Shown: positions 58,351 to 64,000 of the stretch, piece by piece
How positions within the stretch are numbered: the first letter of the stretch is position 1
How the letters are laid out: every line of letters starts with the position of its first letter
Assembly (NCBI GenBank): GCA_000165425.1
Contig: CT868034.1
Coordinates: 1 to 64,000, forward strand
DNA: 64,000 nucleotides
Source: Paramecium tetraurelia
Lineage: Eukaryota
Reading direction: 5' to 3'
The notes under the pieces: generated by a model
Seen by the model: the letters and a program-made list of their open reading frames with translations, nothing else
Database searches by the model: none
Told to the model about the DNA's origin: nothing
Position numbers and translations under genes: made by a program

Positions 58351-61300
58351 TCAAATCAATTTCTCACTAGTAACCATCCTCCTAAGTTCCCTTTCAAAGT
58401 GATCATTTAAGAAAATAGTTTCGAGTGGGAAGATTAGTGAGATCATCTTCGTTCTATTAAGTTTCACTTTAAATAATTAGAAAACTGTAAATTAAACAAC
58501 GAGTATTAGGATGATGGTATATGTCAAGCTTATCGAATTTATGATCTATCAAAATAATCAAATTTAAATACATTATACAATTCCTCGATAGTCTAAGTTT
58601 CTGATTAAATATCCTATTCCATCTTGGCAGTAATCTCAGAAATTATATCCGAACACAAATAAACAGCTTCCAACTCCTCTTTTGGAGGCAATTTCCGAGT
58701 GCTTGGGAAATTAATACTCAATTCCGTCTTTAGAATATTATTAAAATTGGTCAAAGCTGCTGTCAAACCCAATTTCAATACTCCATTTTGAGAGTTAGGA
58801 CAAAAGTAATCAAAATCATAATACTTTGAACTATTCAACAATGGACATAGATTATTTTGTTATAAATATTCATAATTGTCTAAGAATTATGTAGAAAATT
58901 GTAATTTTGAACTTTCGATATCCATTTTCAAAAAAGTATCAATTTTTGTGACTGCTTTTTAAATTTAATCCACAAAAAATGCTCTATCATCGTTTGTATA
59001 GTAAGTGAAGTACGAGAAAAAATACAAGATTTCTTTTTATGAAAATGATGCTGGGACATAAACGCCAATGTCGGATATCGATTTGAAAAAGTGAATGCTT
59101 TCTGAGAACTTACTCATGTAATCAGTTCCAATCAAAGTTAAAGATCCAGATATTAATACATATTATATTATGAATGCGAAGACAGTGGATAATAACGGCA
59201 ATTTCGAAATCTTAATGGAGTATCTAAATTCTTTTACTTCATTATTGACATTTTTAATCTCCTTTAAGGACTCCTTCACTTTAACCTTAGCCAACATTTC
59301 TTCCTTTCCAATCATGTTAAATTTATACAAGTGAATCAATTCGGATCCTTGTTTTAAACTTTACAGAATAAATTACTGTCTGTTTTAATCAGCATCAAGT
59401 GCTATCTAGTCTATGTGTGCATTAAGATCAAAGAACTTCTCTAAATAATTGTTGAAGTAGTTGTAATAGTACCCAAGAAGCAATAAGGAAAGTATTACAA
59501 TAATTGATATTGGAACTACCATTATTATCCATTTATCTACAACTAATTTCGTTTTTGAGATTGACTCTTGATACATTAAATCAGATATATTGTCAAATAT
59601 AGTAACAAATAAGATGTAGTTCTTATATTAGTAGGTGTTGTGAGGATTTGTGCCTTTTGTTGTTTAAGGCTTAATGTAAATTTACTCTTGTTTGTAAAAG
59701 GCATCAAGTAATATGCTAAATGCATTGAATAATGTTACGTTGTATTCTTGTAATTACAGAGGAGCATAATGATAAGTTTGCTATTAGATGAGAACGTATT
59801 AGTCTTCAATGAATGTTGAGAATGTTTCATCCTGGAAATGATCCTAAAAGTTTAATTTGAATTCATCATATGAACCAATCAATAAAGGATTAATAAACTG
59901 CAAATAATAGTTAAGTTTGTCTTTGGATATACTTTAATATAAGTTTAATATTTAGTAATCTTATAACATGTAACGAGCCAAGAAGAACTTCTGCATAGGT
60001 TCGATAAAATAATGGTTGATTTAAATTGATTAGTAATAATAATTGAGAGAATGAAAGTCATTTCTTGAGAAAGTCACATTCTAAAATAAACTAAATAAAT
60101 ACTATTGATAGAAATATCACTTAATTGATCAGAGCAAAAATTAAATATCCAAATATCTTGTTTAACAGTGGTATGACTGGAGTTAACTCATTCAGTTAAT
60201 TTACAAGAGTGTACTTTCTATAATAGACAGACTTTCTCAATCCTGCCATTGAAGATGCTTGAGATCCTTCCAAAACGATATTCTCCTAATTCTTTGCATC
60301 GTTTTCATAAACATTCCCCAATATCTTAATAGTCTTATTGTCAACATCGATTGCATTTGATTCACTATAATGATATACTTTTATTTGATCGATCTCTTCT
60401 TGATAATGATGATTCTCCTCTTATTCACTTAAGATTCTGACATCAGTCTTTCTTTGTGTTTGGATCATTTGGTATGAAGATAGTTCTTTTAAGAGAGAAT
60501 ACTCATATGGAACTACAATTAATTCCTCTTCATTTATAGGTAGATGTTAATTTAGAGTAAAGGTCAATTCCATTGATGATGTTAAATTGTTTTTGCAATT
60601 TTCCTATATCTTCTTTAGCTTTATTATTTTATAGGTTTTTCTCCTTAGTATTTCGCAATTCACTTCATAGGTTTATAATTTCTAATAATTTTTTAAATTG
60701 GTGGTTTTCTATGAATTAGTGGAGAACTCCTTTGAAAAAAAGGATTCTTTTGGAAAATAGAACTAGAATGAATATTGATCTTGGCTGCCATTTAATACAT
60801 CTTGCTGAATAAATAAATCAGCAGATAAATTATAAAGTGATTTTTCAATAGTTAATTATTCCACTATTTTAGGATGGAAATTCAATTTTTTGAATAATTC
60901 CTTATTAATTCCCTAGATTTTATTCTGCGAATCAACCAAGATCATAGGATCTGCTTGTTCGTGACAACTCAGGAAAGTGATAAAGCGAAAAGATTGATTG
61001 CTATCGAAGTAGAGATCAAAAAAGAATTCTATGTTTTGCATAAACCCTGATTTAAGTTAACAAAAATTTTAGCCTACCTATCTGAAGTAATTGCCTTTCC
61101 CATTTTATAAAAAATCTATTATGTATTGATCATGAATATCTCTTACAACTGATGGAATTAAGATGTCGGGAGTTAAGATTAGTTCAAATTATTTTAATTA
61201 AAATCCAAAAATGGCTGGTGCCTTTTTAGAATATGAGATAATCTTAAGTTTTCGATCATCGTAAGAATAAATTAAATAGGCCATTTTGTTGGCTAATCTA

Positions 61301-63274
61301 TTAAAATCTACATCAGCCACTATGTTCAATATGGAATTATCAATAGCATTGATCTACAATTAATCAAATGCCTTTTTCCAGTCATATTTGATCTCGGCAT
61401 AAAAGAACATTAATTAGGATTGATTTCTTTAACTTGGAAATGAATCATAGATTGATTTCAGTATCTTCTCTTATTTTTCAACATTCTCCATCAAGTTATA
61501 ATAAGAAGATGTAAAATCTATCTTACTCTGCTATTTGACTAGGAGTTATTGCAATTGCAGTTTTTATTGTATTATGTTAATTAATCCATCCTTGATACTT
61601 TAATTAAAACTTTCAGATTGAACAAACTAATTGATTTTTATAGATAATTTTGTTTTATCCAAATGATTTCCATTTAGTTTTGCATTCAAACTGGTGTACA
61701 AATTTTATTTAATCATCATAATGAAGAATTTCCATTTAATTCTCTACAAATATGATAGATTGTTCAAAATTAGCTTATTCTCAACTTTGCTGTATATCTC
61801 ATACACTTCTCCGTGATACTGTTGAGCATATAAGAAATGGATGAGAAAATAGAAGCAATCCTGAGGTTCTTGATTTTGAAGCAGTCTTTTCATTCTCCCT
61901 AACAACCCGCAGTAAAGTTCTTCTTCAATGATATCTGGGATGATGATCATTTTATTAGTGTTACTTGAGCAATGATCATTTAACTGGCATTAGCACTTGA
62001 CATTTTGACACTATTAAGAATGTCTAGATTTGTAGATAGAATTGAGAATACAAATTTACTTAAAAGTCTATTGTTAAGCAGATAGTGATGAACATATCAA
62101 ATTATTGACTTCAAACAAATTCAATTTCTAAAAGTTTGATGTTAATATCTAAAATTCCAAATAGTTATGTACAAACATTCCTATATAAAGTAATAACGGT
62201 GATAACAATATCATGTATACCATGGGTTATTAAATCTGCGTGATTGCACTAATGGCAATTATAATCCCACAGGAATGGATTATTAGCAAAAATAATTTTT
62301 GTAACTTGTTCGAGTATTATTAATAGATGTAGATGGAAATGAGTTCCAAGAAAGTTACGAGTAAATAGATGATTGATTGGCCATAGATTGCCACGGTTGG
62401 AGAACTCAATACAAAAATATAGGGTTGGATCATTTGTAATAGGAATGTTACGTAGTCTTGGAAGTTTACTTATAACTTTTTGCTTATTCCTTACTTCACA
62501 ATCAAAGTGCCTTCGAGGAGGACGAAATAAAATAGGGATACCAAATGGATCATCGTCACATACACGATATCATTGACCAGCCAAGCATAGTCCTATGTTT
62601 GGCTTGATCTTTTTAAATTTTGTAGAGCAATTATCAATAAAGGTAATGAAAATGCTACTGAAATACAAATGAAGAAAAAAGTAATTAACTTCATTATGAT
62701 GTTTTTAAAATTTGATTTCCTAATGTTCTTTTCAATGGTATCTTTAGTGATGTGGTTAGCAATTAGAACTATACTGATTCCGAGGAACATTGCCAAATTA
62801 AACACAAACTGTACGTAATTTTAAAATGAAGGATTAGACAATATCTAACTGATTGGATCTATTAGCAACTGCAATACAGAATAAAATCGATTTTCAACTA
62901 CTTCGTAATTATATGTTTCAAACTCCCTGTTTATATCATATGAATAGGGATAAATAACTAATAATAATGAAAATAATCTTCCTAGAGCATAAAAACCTGG
63001 AAGCGATGTGATTTTAGATTGACAGTCAAAATATCCAAGTTGAATGCAAAACAATTCCAGAGCCAAGGCAAACATTCTAAATTATTTATAAATATTATAC
63101 ATTCATACAATTTTTACAAACTGCTTTATCAATTACAGCGTATAATAAAATACTAAAGAATTTATTCTTGACTTTTAATCCATTCACAACCCTAGATACG
63201 ACATCTTCCTTTCTCAACTCGTGAATTGGCTGTGCATGATAAGAAGTATATTGATTAACCGATATTCTTGACAT
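58351..63274 (-). CDS. Tandem paralog of the TmcB/TmcC-like membrane protein
   Basis: Shares motifs with the neighbour (SDIGVYVPASFS vs SDVGLYVPAAFS; YDFDYFCPNSQNGVLKLGL vs VEFDYFCENSKNGILKRGL; LIFPLETIFLNDHFERELRR). Last intron at the equivalent position. The 5' end is uncertain: ATG 63274 does not splice cleanly into the main frame, and ATG 63102 is an alternative. Confidence 0.72.
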
Positions 63275-64000
63275 TTATAAAGTGCAATCAATATAAACAG
63301 ATATCAATAATATTCACAACTTAAAGAAGTAATTTATAAAGTGATATTTCACAAAAACTCAACATTAATAATTAATAAACAATTAAAATTATACTCAAAA
63401 CCTTCAAAAAAAACAAGAAATTATGGATATTATTAAATATTGTATTTGAGTTTGCGTATATAGTAATAGTAATTGAATTGAATTGAAAATATATTAAGGG
63501 GATCATTCTGTTGAAATTCGGCAAAAATCAAGAAACAACACAAAAAGGGAGTTTTAAAGGTTTTTCTGATACTGGCATAATTACCAAAATGGTAGACAAC
63601 TTAAATCAAATCTGTTGTATTGAAAGTAAACAATATTTCAAATTCAATTTTTTAAATTAAGTTTAATTAAGATCTAAATTTTTAATAAATAAATCTGTTA
63701 TTTTAGAATTGACATAATATTTTTTAATTAACAATTAATAAATTACTATTGCCAATTCTAAAAGAAGTAAAAATAAAGATTCCCTAAACCTTCCTCCTTA
63801 AATAGAACAATTACACAATAATACAAATAATTCAAAAGTTAGAAATATCTTTCCTCTTTGCAATAAATGATCAATTGAGAAGGACTAATAATGTTGGCGT
63901 CAATAATCACAAGGTGGATAGGTAAGTAAATACAAGAGTTTATTGCAAATTCATAATTACAAAAGAAAAAAAAATTAAATGAACATCAAATTTCTTCTGT

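Noticed and set aside
63400..64000. Gene starting at the right edge
   Set aside because: Only a short low-complexity open stretch with no motif support.

Overview
This is AT-rich eukaryotic DNA from a ciliate, almost certainly a Paramecium of the aurelia group. It uses the ciliate code (TAA/TAG = Gln, TGA = only stop), has 20-30 nt GT..AG introns, and carries mixed G3T3/G4T2 telomeric repeats. The supplied standard-code ORF track therefore fragments every real gene, and I re-translated by hand. The window is three contigs joined by two 150-N gaps and looks like a macronuclear subtelomeric region. The left ~32 kb is mostly decayed pseudogenes, chiefly Cys-rich surface-antigen-like. It also holds an internal telomere at 16432-16517, a 367-bp duplication around the second gap, an intact-looking secreted-type gene with a beta/gamma-crystallin-like tail, and a DUF3228 gene. 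A 7.2-kb intronless B-type variable surface antigen gene (32375-39566, minus) has two +2 frameshifts and three central 75-aa repeats. To its right is a gene-dense block: two divergently oriented paralogs encoding ~1200-aa macrodomain + WWE proteins with no visible PARP catalytic domain, flanking RPS21 and a CDPK, then a tandem pair of large TmcB/PAS-like membrane proteins. The most interesting items are the macro-WWE pair with apparently complementary decay of the ADP-ribose-binding motifs, the surface-antigen pseudogene graveyard, and the signs of alternative genome rearrangement. All family calls are from manual motif recognition; no database searches were run.
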